From sequence record DRR723986_4928: a stretch of 20,000 nt of DNA. The stretch is one strand, 5' to 3'. Position numbers and translations under genes: made by a program. Numbering within the stretch: position 1 is the stretch's first letter; each line of letters starts with the position of its first letter. The notes beneath the pieces were generated by a model. That model was not told the DNA's origin. It saw only the letters and a program-made list of their open reading frames with translations, and did no database searches. Below are positions 10,325-19,247 of the stretch, one piece after another.

Positions 10325-11800
10325 ATGGACATCGTCACGCGATTTGCCCCCTCTCCCACCGGCATGCTCCATATTGGCGGCGCCCGTACGGCACTTTTCA
10401 ACTACCTTTTCGCGAAACACAACAACGGGAAGTTTCTTCTCCGTATCGAGGACACTGACCGCGAACGCTCCACGCCTGAAGCGACCGCTGCGATCCTTGA
10501 AGGTATGGAGTGGCTCGGGCTTACACCTGACGAGCCCTCAATAATGCAGTTCGAGCGCGCAGGCCGCCATGCAGAGGTGGCCGAAGAGATGATCCGGCGC
10601 GGCACGGCATTTCGCTGCTACGCCACGCAGGAAGAACTACAGGCGCGACGAGAGCTTGGCGAAGAAAAGCGTCAGTCGGCCAAGGCTGAAGGGCTTTCCG
10701 AAAACGAAAAAGCCTCGCTACAGGCTGAAGCACATGCCTTGTTGGCGCCTTACCGGTCTCCGTGGCGCGACGGCGCGCCGCCGCCAGCCCCGGATGCCCC
10801 ATTCACCGTGCGGCTGAGAGCCCCTGATGGCGGAGAGCGTGTTCTGGAAGATGGCGTACAAGGGACCGTCCGCATCCAGGCGAGTGAACTTGATGACCTA
10901 ATCCTGCTCCGCGCCGACGGCACGCCAACTTACATGCTGGCGGTCGTGGTCGATGACCATGATATGGGCATCACCCATATCATCCGAGGCGATGACCATT
11001 TGCGGAACGCCTTCCGACAGATCCCGATCTATGAAGCGATGGGCTGGGACATTCCACAGATGGCGCATGTTCCGATGATCCATGGAGCCGACGGCGCCAA
11101 ATTGTCCAAGCGCCATGGCGCGCTCTCTACGCTCGCCTATCGCGAGATGGGCTATTTGCCGGAAGCAATGCGCGCCTATCTTCTGCGGATTGGCTGGAGC
11201 CACGGCGACCAGGAGATCTTTACCGATGAGGAGGCAATTGCGGCTTTCGACATCTCCGGAATCAATCGCGCACCGGGGCGCCTCGATCTGGACAAACTCG
11301 GCCAGGTTAACTCGCACTTCCTGCGGCTCGCTGACGATGACCGCCTTTTCACGCTGCTGAGGCCATACTGGGAAACCGCGGGCACTCTAGACGATGCAGA
11401 ACCGCGTCTGCGAGCAGCCCTCCCTCACATGAAGGATCGAGGCACGACCTTGCCAGAACTGGCGCAGTCTTTTGCATTCCTGCTGGCCAAAAGGCCTTTG
11501 GAAATGAACAAGAAAGCCCGAAAAGCTGTCTCCGGGGAGGGGCTTGACCGTTTGCGCGGGTTGCGCGACGTACTGCAGCAGCTGCCGGAATGGACGGCAG
11601 ATCATATTTCGGTGACGATATCTAATTATTGCACTGCACAAGGCCTATCTATGGGGCAGATAGGTCAACCGCTACGCGCTGCACTCACAGGCGGCCTTCC
11701 TGCACCGGATATAGCGCCGGTACTCGAGTGGCTCGGCCGCGAAGAAGCGCTTGGACGAATTGAGGATCAACTGGCGCCGGATAGTTCTCCGGGCGCCTGA
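10325..11800 (+). CDS. gltX: Glutamate--tRNA ligase
   Basis: RFAPSPTGMLHIGG (HIGH), LRIEDTD, PTYMLAVVVDD, IIRGDDH, KLSKR (KMSKS), PLRAALTG; 491 aa. Confidence 0.98.
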   Translation: MDIVTRFAPSPTGMLHIGGARTALFNYLFAKHNNGKFLLRIEDTDRERSTPEATAAILEGMEWLGLTPDEPSIMQFERAGRHAEVAEEMIRRGTAFRCYATQEELQARRELGEEKRQSAKAEGLSENEKASLQAEAHALLAPYRSPWRDGAPPPAPDAPFTVRLRAPDGGERVLEDGVQGTVRIQASELDDLILLRADGTPTYMLAVVVDDHDMGITHIIRGDDHLRNAFRQIPIYEAMGWDIPQMAHVPMIHGADGAKLSKRHGALSTLAYREMGYLPEAMRAYLLRIGWSHGDQEIFTDEEAIAAFDISGINRAPGRLDLDKLGQVNSHFLRLADDDRLFTLLRPYWETAGTLDDAEPRLRAALPHMKDRGTTLPELAQSFAFLLAKRPLEMNKKARKAVSGEGLDRLRGLRDVLQQLPEWTADHISVTISNYCTAQGLSMGQIGQPLRAALTGGLPAPDIAPVLEWLGREEALGRIEDQLAPDSSPGA

Positions 11801-11830
11801 GAAGCAAGAAGGGTTTTGAAGGTAAGGCTG

Positions 11831-13135
11831 ATGGAAAACAAAACGAAACCGAACGGCACTGCTAAACTGGATGTGGCCGGAAATTCCTACGAACTCCCGG
11901 TACTTTCCGGAACACACGGTCCGGACGTAATCGATATCCGCCGCGTTTATGCTGAGACGAACCATTTCACGTTCGACCCCGGTTTCACATCGACAGCCAG
12001 CTGTGAAAGCCAGATCACTTTCATCGATGGGGATGAAGGCGTTCTTCTGCACCGCGGCTACCCCATCGGGCAACTCGCCGAACAATCCACCTTCCCGGAA
12101 GTCTGCCACCTGATCCTGTATGGTGAGCTGCCTACAACATCGGAACTGGAAGTGTTCAACGACACCATCAAACAGCACACCCTGCTGCACACCCAGATGG
12201 ACCGGTTCTTTGAAGGTTTCCGTCGCGACAGCCACCCTATGGCCATGCTGACCGCCACTGTGGGCGGCCTCGCCTCGTTCTACCCTGGCGCCATGGACAG
12301 CGAAGACCCGGAAGAGCGCCGGCTCAACTCCATCCGTCTCCTGGCCAAGATGCCGACCCTTTGTGCCCGCATCCTGAAATACAATCTCGGCCAGAAGTTC
12401 GTCGATCCGCGGAACGAGTATTCCTACGCCGAAAACTTCCTGAACATGTGCTTCTCGGTTTCGGCAGAAGACTACAAAGTGGACCCGGCCATCGCGAAAG
12501 CCATGGACCGCTTCTTCATCCTTCACGCAGATCACGAGCAGAATGCCTCCACCTCGACCGTGCGCCTCGCCGGTTCGTCGGGCGCTCACCCATTCGCCGC
12601 TGTCGCTGCCGGCGTTGCCTGTCTGTGGGGCCCAAGCCATGGCGGGGCAAACGAGGCTTGCCTCAACATGCTGCACGAAATTGGTTCGGTTGAGCGGATC
12701 CCGGAATTTATCGAGAAAGCCAAGGACAAGAATGACCCCTTCCGCCTGATGGGCTTCGGTCACCGCGTTTACAAAAACTATGACCCGCGCGCCAAAGTGA
12801 TGCGCGAGTCGGCGCACGAAGTGCTGGACCTTCTGGGCCTCAAGGACACGCCTATCCTGAAAGTCGCGATGGAACTGGAGCGTATCGCGCTTGAAGACGA
12901 ATACTTCATCGAGAAGAAGCTGTATCCAAATGTCGATTTCTATTCGGGTATCATTCTCGACGCGATCGGTTTCCCGAAGCAGATGTTCACTGTGCTGTTC
13001 TCTCTCGCCCGCACCGTCGGCTGGGTCGCACAGCTGAATGAAATGATCGACGATCCGACCCAGCGCATCGGCCGCCCGCGTCAGATCTACACTGGCGCAG
13101 CGAAGCGGGACTATGTTCCGATCGAAAAGCGCTGA
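11831..13135 (+). CDS. gltA: Citrate synthase (type II)
   Basis: [68 protein letters not shown] 11831 follows a purine-rich GAAGGTAAGG; 434 aa. Confidence 0.98.
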   Translation: MENKTKPNGTAKLDVAGNSYELPVLSGTHGPDVIDIRRVYAETNHFTFDPGFTSTASCESQITFIDGDEGVLLHRGYPIGQLAEQSTFPEVCHLILYGELPTTSELEVFNDTIKQHTLLHTQMDRFFEGFRRDSHPMAMLTATVGGLASFYPGAMDSEDPEERRLNSIRLLAKMPTLCARILKYNLGQKFVDPRNEYSYAENFLNMCFSVSAEDYKVDPAIAKAMDRFFILHADHEQNASTSTVRLAGSSGAHPFAAVAAGVACLWGPSHGGANEACLNMLHEIGSVERIPEFIEKAKDKNDPFRLMGFGHRVYKNYDPRAKVMRESAHEVLDLLGLKDTPILKVAMELERIALEDEYFIEKKLYPNVDFYSGIILDAIGFPKQMFTVLFSLARTVGWVAQLNEMIDDPTQRIGRPRQIYTGAAKRDYVPIEKR

Positions 13136-13154
13136 AGTGCAGCGCAATGATATT

Positions 13155-13194
13155 AAAAGCGCCACCCGCCACGGTCGGGTGGCGTTTTCTTTTC
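13155..13194 (+). terminator. Rho-independent terminator after gltA
   Basis: Stem CGCCACCCG (13160-68) / CGGGTGGCG (13176-84), flanked by AAAA upstream and TTTTCTTTT downstream; possibly bidirectional. Confidence 0.88.
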
Positions 13195-13255
13195 TGCTTC
13201 CTGAGCGGAATTACCCCGTTCCCTTCTGCCCCGACTCCTTGCTAAAGGCTGCGCC

Positions 13256-13924
13256 ATGAAAACCGCTGTGATTGTCTTTCCAGGTTCGAACTGTGATCGT
13301 GATGCTCACGACGCGCTCCTCAAGGCGACCGGCAAGGCCCCGGCTATGATCTGGCACAAGGACGGGACGATCCCGGATGGGACGGATTTTGTCATGGTTC
13401 CCGGCGGCTTCTCTTATGGGGATTATCTGCGCTGCGGCGCAATTGCGGGCAATTCTCCTGTCATCTCTCAGCTAAAGGCCCACGCAGAGCGCGGCGGATA
13501 CGTTCTGGGCGTGTGCAATGGCTTCCAGATCCTTTGCGAAACGGGTCTTCTGCCGGGTGCCCTCATGCGCAACGCGTCGCTACATTTCGTCTGCAAACCG
13601 CAACCGCTGACCGTGGAAACCGCCAACACGGCATTCACCAGCGCCTACCGGGGACGCGGTGATGTGATTATTCCCATCGCGCACCATGACGGCAACTACT
13701 ACGCCGATGACGCCACCCTCGACCGCATCGAAGGTGAAGGTCATGTCGCTTTCCGTTATGCTAAAGGCAGCAATCCGAACGGGTCCGCCCGGGATATTGC
13801 CGGCATTCTGAGCACAAACGGCCGCGTGCTGGGCCTGATGCCGCATCCGGAGCGAGCTATCGGCGGCCATGAAGGTGGTGACGACGGTCTTGCCCTGTTT
13901 GAAAGCCTACTGACCGCGGCCTGA
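13256..13924 (+). CDS. purQ: FGAM synthase glutaminase subunit
   Basis: [60 protein letters not shown]. Confidence 0.98.
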   Translation: MKTAVIVFPGSNCDRDAHDALLKATGKAPAMIWHKDGTIPDGTDFVMVPGGFSYGDYLRCGAIAGNSPVISQLKAHAERGGYVLGVCNGFQILCETGLLPGALMRNASLHFVCKPQPLTVETANTAFTSAYRGRGDVIIPIAHHDGNYYADDATLDRIEGEGHVAFRYAKGSNPNGSARDIAGILSTNGRVLGLMPHPERAIGGHEGGDDGLALFESLLTAA

Positions 13925-13963
13925 AGCGCTGGCCAGTCCCTTTCCGCCCCGGTATGAGGCGGT

Positions 13964-15442
13964 ATGACTTCTTCTGTTGATCAGAACTTTCTGTCGGCCC
14001 GCCTTTCCGAAGCTTCTTCGCTTCGCCATGCCGGGCGTATTGCTGAGGCCATAATGGCTTACCAGGAAGTTCTGGCGATCGAGCCCAACCTTCCGGACAG
14101 CTGGTACAATCTGGCCTGGCTGCTGCGCCGTAGTGGGCAGCCAGTAGCCGCCTTGAAAGCCTATGACGAAGCACTCGCAAGGCATATCACCGGCCCGGAA
14201 GAAGTCTGGCTGAACAAGGGCGTCATTCAAGCTGACGACCTGCTAAATCCGGAAGCAGCAATCCAGGCGTACGAGACAGCCTTGGAGTTCAAAGATGACT
14301 ACGTTCCTGCCATCTTCAATCTAGCGAATACCCACGAAGATCTCGGTCATGCTGAACAAGCGATCGAACTCTACCAAAAGGCCCTCGATATCGCGCCCAC
14401 GGACGCCGAGCCGCTGGCAAGGATCGCGAATATGAGCCGCCCGGAATCGACGGCAGCCCCGATTTTGAAGCAGGTTCAGGACGCCCTCAAACGTGACGAC
14501 ATCCCCGCGATATCGCGGGCGAACCTAGAGTTCTCTCTCGGCAAGATGCTCGATTTCATTGGTGAGTACGATTCAGCATTTGCCGCCTACGAGAGGGCGA
14601 ACAAAGCAACGGAAGCGGATCGACCACAGAACTATCCGGCATTCGATCCCAAAAAGAACGACGCAATCATCGATTTCCTGATGGCAATGCCGACACCGGA
14701 GAAAATCGACCTACCCCCTTCGCCCGTGCAGCCAGTATTTATTCTTGGGCAGTTTAGATCTGGCTCTACGCTGCTGGAACAGATCCTGTCCGGTCACAGC
14801 CAGGTTTCAACGATGGGTGAGCTTCCCTTGCTCGCGCAGATCGGCACGGAATATTTTTCACCCTACCCCGCAAAACTCGCTGACGCGTCAAACGCAGAGA
14901 TAGCTAAGGCTCGGACGGAATATATTGCGAGGCTTGATACACGCCTGCCCGGCATCACCGGCATCGTTACCGACAAACGCCCAGATAACTATTTTCATAT
15001 CGGCCTGATCCTCCGCCTCTTCCCGGAGGCGAAGATCCTCCACACCGCTCGCGACGCCAGAGACGTATGTCTGTCGACGTATTTCACGCACCTGGACCCT
15101 CATCAGATCCACGCGACGGATCTGAAAAACATCGGCCATCACTATCGGGCGTATGAGAAACTCATGTCGCACTGGAAGACTGCCGCACCGAACCAGATTC
15201 TCGATGTCCCCTATGATGCGCTGGTCAGGAATCCTGAACAGGTCTTGCAGAAAGTGCTCGATTTTATCGGTCTGCCTTTTGAACAGGCCTGCCTTGAATT
15301 CCATAAGTCAGCAACGCCAGTGAAAACGGCCAGCGTGTGGCAAGTGCGTGAGCCGCTCTACACGCGTTCATCGGGACGCTGGCGGAACTATGAAAAACAT
15401 CTTGGCCCACTTCAGGAGGTTCTGAATGGCAAAACACGCTGA
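13964..15442 (+). CDS. TPR-repeat-containing sulfotransferase-family protein
   Basis: N-terminal TPR-like helices (AIMAYQEVLAIEP, AAIQAYETALEFK, AIELYQKALDIAP); sulfotransferase-domain motifs PVFILGQFRSGSTLLEQIL (5'-PSB-like), DKRPDN, LFPEAKILHTARDARDVCLS (3'-PB-like), YDALV, TASVWQVREPLY..SSGRW; no evident signal peptide. Confidence 0.88.
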   Translation: MTSSVDQNFLSARLSEASSLRHAGRIAEAIMAYQEVLAIEPNLPDSWYNLAWLLRRSGQPVAALKAYDEALARHITGPEEVWLNKGVIQADDLLNPEAAIQAYETALEFKDDYVPAIFNLANTHEDLGHAEQAIELYQKALDIAPTDAEPLARIANMSRPESTAAPILKQVQDALKRDDIPAISRANLEFSLGKMLDFIGEYDSAFAAYERANKATEADRPQNYPAFDPKKNDAIIDFLMAMPTPEKIDLPPSPVQPVFILGQFRSGSTLLEQILSGHSQVSTMGELPLLAQIGTEYFSPYPAKLADASNAEIAKARTEYIARLDTRLPGITGIVTDKRPDNYFHIGLILRLFPEAKILHTARDARDVCLSTYFTHLDPHQIHATDLKNIGHHYRAYEKLMSHWKTAAPNQILDVPYDALVRNPEQVLQKVLDFIGLPFEQACLEFHKSATPVKTASVWQVREPLYTRSSGRWRNYEKHLGPLQEVLNGKTR

Positions 15443-16427
15443 ATTGATCGCAAGCCTGCCAAAGGCGGAACTGCACCTTCATATCGAGGGAAGTTTCGAG
15501 CCGGAAATGATGATGGCACTCGCCGAAAGGAACAGGATCAAAATCCCGTTCAAGACACTTGAAGAAGCGAAGGCCGCCTACGATTTCGCCAACCTTCAGG
15601 AATTTCTGGACCTGTACTATCAAGGCATGAATGTGCTGCGCACCGAGCAGGACTTCCATGATCTGACCTGGGCGTACCTCCAACGCGCCAAAACTGACAA
15701 TGTGCGCCATGTCGAGATGTTCTACGACCCGCAAGCCCACACGGAGCGTGGTGTTGCGTTCGGCACGGTAACGGAGGGCATCCTGGCCGCGCTGGAGCGC
15801 GGGAAAAAGGAACTCGGCATCACGTCGGAACTTATCATGAGCTTCCTGAGGCATCTCTCGGAAGAGGACGGCTTCGCGCTACTGGAAGAGTCAAAACCCT
15901 GGCACGACAAGTTCATCGGCGTGGGCCTCGACAGTTCTGAAGTTGGCCACCCGCCCCTGAAATTCGAGCGACTGTTCGCCAAATGCAGGGAGCTTGGTTT
16001 CAAACTGTGCCTGCACGCAGGAGAAGAAGGTCCGCCATCCTATGTCCGCGAAGCATTACTCGACATCGGCGCAGACAGGATCGACCATGGAAATCGCGCA
16101 ATGGAAGACCCGGCTCTGATCAAGATCCTGCATGATACGCAAACCCCGCTGACCAACTGTCCTCTCTCGAATCTTGCGCTTTGCGTGGTCAATGATCTCA
16201 AAGACAGCCCGGTGAAGGCACAGCTGGAGGCCGGCCTGCTCGTCACCGTCAACTCCGATGATCCGGCCTATTTCGGCGGCTATATCGGCCGCAACTATGA
16301 AGCCATCGAGGAAGCACTCGACCTGACGGACGAGCAGCTGGTGCAACTGGCCAAGAATAGTTTTGCCGCATCCTTTCTGCCGGGAAAAGACAAGATCAGG
16401 CTGATCCAGGAAGTTGATAGTGTCTGA
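15426..16427 (+). CDS. Adenine deaminase type 2 (adenosine-deaminase-like amidohydrolase, PA0148-like)
   Basis: LPKAELHLHIEG (metal-binding HxH), FYDPQAH, FLRHLSE, GLDSSE, HAGEE, RIDHG, CPLSN, NSDDPAYFGGY; SD-like CAGGAGG just upstream; 17-nt overlap with the sulfotransferase gene. Confidence 0.9.
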   Translation: MAKHAELIASLPKAELHLHIEGSFEPEMMMALAERNRIKIPFKTLEEAKAAYDFANLQEFLDLYYQGMNVLRTEQDFHDLTWAYLQRAKTDNVRHVEMFYDPQAHTERGVAFGTVTEGILAALERGKKELGITSELIMSFLRHLSEEDGFALLEESKPWHDKFIGVGLDSSEVGHPPLKFERLFAKCRELGFKLCLHAGEEGPPSYVREALLDIGADRIDHGNRAMEDPALIKILHDTQTPLTNCPLSNLALCVVNDLKDSPVKAQLEAGLLVTVNSDDPAYFGGYIGRNYEAIEEALDLTDEQLVQLAKNSFAASFLPGKDKIRLIQEVDSV

Positions 16428-16528
16428 CACGCTCTGGCGGGAAAGTGGCCTGGAACCGCAGATCTGCGGACTTGAACCGGCACCCTATGATAGTTTTTGC
16501 AGCTGCTAAGCACTGTTTTAGATCATCC

Positions 16529-16555
16529 AAAGTGTGATGGATCCGTCACACTTTT
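16529..16555. promoter_or_regulatory. 26-bp inverted repeat: operator or intrinsic terminator upstream of the TonB-dependent receptor
   Basis: AAAGTGTGA-T-GGATCC-G-TCACACTTT has a single mismatched pair (G-U as RNA) and ends in TTTT. The repeat is directly visible; its function is uncertain. Confidence 0.55.
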
Positions 16556-16665
16556 GCAATGATATAGGCAATTCAGGCAAAATTCTTCCAATTCCATCTG
16601 TTTTGACACCCCAATCGGCATTAACTGGCCTCGTGAGGTTAAATAACAGACAGGAGCATAGAATA

Positions 16666-19086
16666 ATGACCATTTTGAAGTCATTGCTTGTCACGGCATC
16701 TTCCATCGCCGTCGCAACTACACTTTCGGTCGCTTCAGCTCAGGAGAGCGATGAAGCAGGTTCCAGCGAGCTGCGTCAGGGCCAGGTTGTTGTGACCGGC
16801 ACGCGCACAGCCAACCGGACAGCCCTCGAAACGGCCGTTCCGGTCGACGTGTTTCCGGTTGAAGAGCTCACGGAAACCGGCCGCGTTGAACTCAACCAGA
16901 TTCTCAGCACGACCGTTCCGAGCTTCAACTTCAACCAAACCGCGATCAATGACGGCACGGACATCATTCGCCCGGCGACGCTTCGCGGCCTGTCTCCTGA
17001 CCAGACGCTGGTTCTGGTGAACGGCAAGCGCCGCCACTCCTCTTCCCTGGTCAACATCAACGGATCGGTTGGACGCGGCTCTGCAGCTGTCGACCTCAAC
17101 TCGATCCCGACCAGCGCCATTGGCAACGTCCAGGTCCTGCGTGACGGCGCATCGGCACAGTACGGTTCAGACGCAATCGCTGGCGTTATCAACGTTATCC
17201 TCCGTGAAGACGATCATGGCGGTGGCCTGAATGTCCGTTACGGCGCGAACGTCACCGATCCGGAAGGCCTGAACCGCAGCGAGATTGACGGTCAGACCAC
17301 CACGATCGGCGGCTGGACCGGCTTTGGCCTCGGCGACAACGGCTTCCTGACGGTGTCGGGTGAGTATTCCCTTCGCCAGGCATCGAACCGGGCCGGCCTC
17401 GACCCGCGCCAGCAATTCCCGGATGATCCGGCCTATGCCGAAGTCGAACGTAATTTCGATCGCCTGAACCACCGCTACGGTAACGGCCGTGCGGAGAATG
17501 TCAGCTTCTTCTTCAATTCCGGTTACACGCTGGAGAGCGGTGTCGAACTCTACGCGTTTGGCGGTGTACAGGATCGCGAAGGTGAAAGCCCCGGCTTCTA
17601 TCGCCGTGCCCAGGATTCCCGGAACGTCCCGGAAATCTATCCGGGCGGCTTCCTGCCGGTCATCGGCGGTGATGTGACAGACTACTCTCTCGGCGGCGGT
17701 TTCCGCGGCGTCGCAGGCGGCTGGGACTATGACGTGAGCGCTGTCTATGGCTCCAACGAGCTGGACTACTCGGTCAACAATTCTCTAAACGCTTCGATCG
17801 GGCCGACGAGCCAGACGTCCTTCAATGCAGGCGCTCTGTCATTCGACCAGGTCACTGTGAACGCTGACATCGTCAAAACCTTCGACAACCTTTTGCCTGG
17901 CGAAACCTCGCTGGCATTTGGTGCCGAGTACCGTGATGAGAGCTTTGAGATCACAGCTGGCGAAGAGGCCTCCTACATCCAGGGTCCGCTTCCGGCAGCT
18001 GCCGGAAGCCAGGTCTTCCCGGGCTTCACGCCGGAATCAGAAGTCGATGTCAGCCGTGACGCTGCCAGCATCTACGGCGAAGTCGAATGGGTGCCGAACG
18101 ATCAGACACTCATCTCTGCGGCCGTTCGCTACGAAGACTACTCCGACTTTGGTGATGCCGTGACTGGCAAGCTTGCTGGCCGTTACGACTTCACCGACCA
18201 GGTTGCTGTCCGTGGTGCCATCTCGACCGGCTTCCGCGCACCGAGCCTGCAACAGCAATACTTCACGGCCATTTCAACCAACTTTATTGATGGTGTGCCG
18301 TTTGAAGTCGGGACGTTCCCGGCAACATCGCCGGCCGCAGTCGCACTTGGTGGTGGACAGCTGGACGCCGAAGAATCGACCAGCTACTCGCTGGGCCTGG
18401 TTCTGACACCTACTCCGGATTGGTTCGTTACGATCGATGCTTATCAGATCAACATCGACGACCAGATCTTCCTGACGGAGAATCTGGGTGGTGCCGACGT
18501 TGATGCTGTGCTTGCGGCAGCCGGCGTGACAGGTGTTCAGCGGGTCCGCTTCTTCCAGAACGGAATCGAGACCGAATCGAAGGGTGTCGACATCGTGACC
18601 AAGTACGGGTTCGACTTTGGAAACCTGGGTACGCTCGACGCTTCTGCGGCATTCAACTACTCGAAAACGGAAGTCACGCACGTTCCGGACAATACGGTCA
18701 TTCCTGACCTGACTCTGTTCAGCCGCTCCAATACGCTGACGCTGGAAGAAAGTGCGCCAGAGACGAAATTCATCCTCGCAGGCAACTACACCTACCAGCA
18801 GGCTGACTTCGTCCTTCGCGCAACACGCTTTGGCGAAGTCCTGGTGCCGTCGAACAATCCGGACAACGACTTCACCCTGGATGCTGACTGGATCATCGAT
18901 GCATCCGTGAACTTCAACGTCACCGACAAGTTCAGCGTCGGCGTCGGTGCAGACAATCTGCTCGACGAATATCCGACGATGACCCCGGATGGCCTGAACT
19001 TCAACGGCATCTTCCCGTATTCGAGCCGCAGCCCGTACGGCTTCTCGGGCCGCTTCGTCTACGCTCGCGCCAGCTACAACTGGTAA
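16666..19086 (+). CDS. TonB-dependent outer-membrane receptor
   Basis: ATG 16666 after SD CAGGAG (16651-56); signal peptide MTILKSLLVTASSIAVATTLSVASA; TonB-box-like QVVVTGTR; plug motifs LRGLSPDQTLVLVNGKRRH and VLRDGASAQYGSDAIAGVINVIL; barrel motifs STGFRAP and GADNLLDEYP; C-terminal strand GRFVYARASYNW; 806 aa. Confidence 0.96.
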   Translation: MTILKSLLVTASSIAVATTLSVASAQESDEAGSSELRQGQVVVTGTRTANRTALETAVPVDVFPVEELTETGRVELNQILSTTVPSFNFNQTAINDGTDIIRPATLRGLSPDQTLVLVNGKRRHSSSLVNINGSVGRGSAAVDLNSIPTSAIGNVQVLRDGASAQYGSDAIAGVINVILREDDHGGGLNVRYGANVTDPEGLNRSEIDGQTTTIGGWTGFGLGDNGFLTVSGEYSLRQASNRAGLDPRQQFPDDPAYAEVERNFDRLNHRYGNGRAENVSFFFNSGYTLESGVELYAFGGVQDREGESPGFYRRAQDSRNVPEIYPGGFLPVIGGDVTDYSLGGGFRGVAGGWDYDVSAVYGSNELDYSVNNSLNASIGPTSQTSFNAGALSFDQVTVNADIVKTFDNLLPGETSLAFGAEYRDESFEITAGEEASYIQGPLPAAAGSQVFPGFTPESEVDVSRDAASIYGEVEWVPNDQTLISAAVRYEDYSDFGDAVTGKLAGRYDFTDQVAVRGAISTGFRAPSLQQQYFTAISTNFIDGVPFEVGTFPATSPAAVALGGGQLDAEESTSYSLGLVLTPTPDWFVTIDAYQINIDDQIFLTENLGGADVDAVLAAAGVTGVQRVRFFQNGIETESKGVDIVTKYGFDFGNLGTLDASAAFNYSKTEVTHVPDNTVIPDLTLFSRSNTLTLEESAPETKFILAGNYTYQQADFVLRATRFGEVLVPSNNPDNDFTLDADWIIDASVNFNVTDKFSVGVGADNLLDEYPTMTPDGLNFNGIFPYSSRSPYGFSGRFVYARASYNW

Positions 19087-19127
19087 GCACATACTCCCGT
19101 CTTTTAGACGGGATACGCCAGAAACAA

Positions 19128-19164
19128 GACGGGCCCGCCTTTCACGAGGCGGGCCCGTTTTCTT
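19128..19164 (+). terminator. Rho-independent terminator after the TonB-dependent receptor
   Basis: 12-bp GC-rich stem ACGGGCCCGCCT (19129-40) / AGGCGGGCCCGT (19147-58), 6-nt loop, followed by TTTCTT; preceded by a second 8-bp hairpin TCCCGTCT-ttt-AGACGGGA (19095-19113). Confidence 0.9.
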
Positions 19165-19247
19165 GTCCGTGCTTTATCCAAGGAATGCAGGTGCTTTGAT
19201 GGCAATAGACGCTGGCGACTCGTGGAAATTGCCGCTAAAGCCCGGCC

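Noticed and set aside
11672..13165. 497-aa minus-strand ORF
   Set aside because: Antisense shadow of gltA; expected from strong codon bias in GC-rich DNA; no recognisable motifs.
16621..16642. TTAA...TTAA as a CtrA box
   Set aside because: The spacer is 14 nt, not the required 7.
16534..16665. 44-codon N-terminal extension of the receptor given in the ORF track
   Set aside because: The SD and signal peptide place the start at 16666; the extension covers the AT-rich regulatory region.
16428..16665. Possible purine, ZTP or cobalamin riboswitch upstream of the receptor
   Set aside because: I could not recognise the conserved cores by eye, only simple inverted repeats; an Rfam/Infernal scan would settle it.
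18274..19092. 272-aa minus-strand ORF and other ORFs antisense to the receptor, pyrG, trp genes and purL
   Set aside because: They overlap well-supported genes and lack family motifs.
13925..19247. Cassette as a mobile element or genomic island
   Set aside because: No integrase, transposase, tRNA target or flanking direct repeats were seen.
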